48,087 bases of DNA from Macrostomum lignano. Lineage: Eukaryota. Below are positions 46,580 to 48,087 of the stretch, piece by piece. The DNA lies in the NCBI GenBank assembly GCA_002269645.1, contig NIVC01004374.1, positions 1 through 48,087 on the forward strand, in the 5' to 3' direction. Made by a program: the position numbers and the translations under genes. The notes below the pieces were generated by a model. That model worked only from the letters and a program-made list of their open reading frames with translations. It searched no databases and was not told the origin of the DNA. Position 1 is the first letter of the stretch, and each line of letters starts with the position of its first letter.

Positions 46580-47525
46580 ACCCATTCTCCCAAGATCCTC
46601 AAATCGTAATCTGAACCCACTCTCTCAAGATCCTCAGTAGGGATCTGAACCCACTCTCTCAAGATCCTCAGTAGGGATCTGAACCCACTCTCTCAAGATC
46701 CTCAGTAGGGATCTGAACCCACTCTCTCAAGATCCTCAGTAATCTGAACCCACTCTCTCAAGATCCTCAGTAGGGATCTGAACCCACTCTCTCAAGATCC
46801 TCAGTAATCTGAACCCACTCTCTCAAGATCCTCAGTAGGGATCTGAACCCACTCTCTCAAGATCCTCAGTAGGGATCTGAACCCACTCTCTCAAGATCCT
46901 CAGTAGGGATCTGAACCCACTCTCCAAGATCCTCAGTAGGGATCTGAACCCACTCCCAAGATCCTCAGTAGGATCTGAACCCACTCTCCAAGATCCTCAG
47001 TAGGGATCTGAACCCACTCTCTCAAGATCCTCAGTAGGGATCTGAACCCACTCTCTCAAGATCCTCAGTAGGGATCTGAACCCACTCTCGCAAGATCCTC
47101 TGAACCCACTCTCTCAAGATCCTCGTAGGGATCTGAAACCACTCTCTCAAGATCCTCAGTAGGGATCTGAACCCACTCTCGCAAGATCCTCAGTAGGGAT
47201 CTGAACCCACTCTCTCAAGATCCTCAGTAGGGATCTGAACCCACTCTCTCAAGATCCTCAGTAGGGATCTGAACCCACTCTCTCAAGATCCTCAGTAGGG
47301 ATCTGAACCACTCTCTCAAGATCCTCAGTAGGATCTGAACCCACTCTCTCAAGATCCTCAGTAGGGATCTGAACCCACTCTCTCAAGATCCTCGTAGGGA
47401 TCTGAACCACTCTCTCAAGATCCTCAGTAGGGATCTGAACCCACTCGCAAGATCCTCAGTAGGGATCTGAACCCACTCCCAAAATCCTCAACCGGATCTG
47501 AACCCACTCTCTAGAAATCCTCAAA
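46580..47525. repeat. 34-bp minisatellite (GATCTGAACCCACTCTCTCAAGATCCTCAGTAGG) with many 1-2-nt indels
   Basis: Period visible directly. Confidence 0.93.
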
Positions 47526-48087
47526 TCAGGATCTCACATACTGGTGTTTACAGTATTATTCATTACTTTCTAAATTATTGCTACATAAAAATATCACATA
47601 AACCCGCTGCAGGGAGCCAAACGCGGCAGCCTGCTTGGACCACATTCGCCCGTCCGGCAAGCCAAAATTTAGCCGTCCAGGAAGCTAAGAAGAATTGCTA
47701 ATTATAACAACACCTGGTTAAGACACCAGAAACTGCTGCTTACCAAAAATTCGCTGTTATGGGCAGATAAAAACTTACTTTGACATGCTTATCAATCTGT
47801 ACATAAACATTTGGTTTGCTGTCCCTGCTGGTAAGAAAATTATAGGGTGGAGGGTGGGGTTTATCGCCAGCCAATCAGAATCTATCATAACATGCACATT
47901 TTTGCATGCTTTAATTAGCAACCAGTCCTCGATTACCTCCAATTTACTTCCATTATGCGATATTTAATTAAGTTTTTCAAGCACATTTATTAGTGGTATT
48001 CATTAAGTTCAGTAATCACTTCTCTTAATTGTTCTCAAGTATGTACTAATACTTTAAACCGTTAACACCTTGGTTTATGCTTAAAAT

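Overview
Eukaryotic (metazoan) genomic DNA with GC-rich exons and introns dominated by minisatellites. The style suggests a flatworm such as Macrostomum lignano; this is inference, not a database result. It contains six spliced or intronless protein-coding loci: (1) a FARP-like FERM/RhoGEF/PH gene on + (59-15648, 5' end outside the window, several 1-nt frameshifts); (2) NPL4 on - (4 exons, 601 aa); (3) SLC35B3/PAPST2 on - (7 exons); (4) an unknown two-exon 258-aa gene nested on the same strand inside SLC35B3 intron 2; (5) COX6C on -; (6) the start of a PDZ-LIM/ZASP-family gene on +. Mobile DNA comprises two tRNA-derived SINEs, a 5'-truncated Penelope-like element with an inverted terminal copy and a hammerhead-like motif, and a decayed intron-containing hAT transposase interrupted by two MITEs with 8-bp TSDs. 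About 25 unrelated tandem arrays fill introns and spacers. The most striking pattern is that many repeat units carry a near-optimal transcription-factor site (RFX X-box, ETS, E2F, AP-1, K50 homeodomain, NF-Y, E-box), so they could act as homotypic enhancer arrays. That match was made post hoc and needs a shuffled control. No CRISPR array, rRNA or genuine tRNA was found. All coordinates were read by hand, and array boundaries are approximate.
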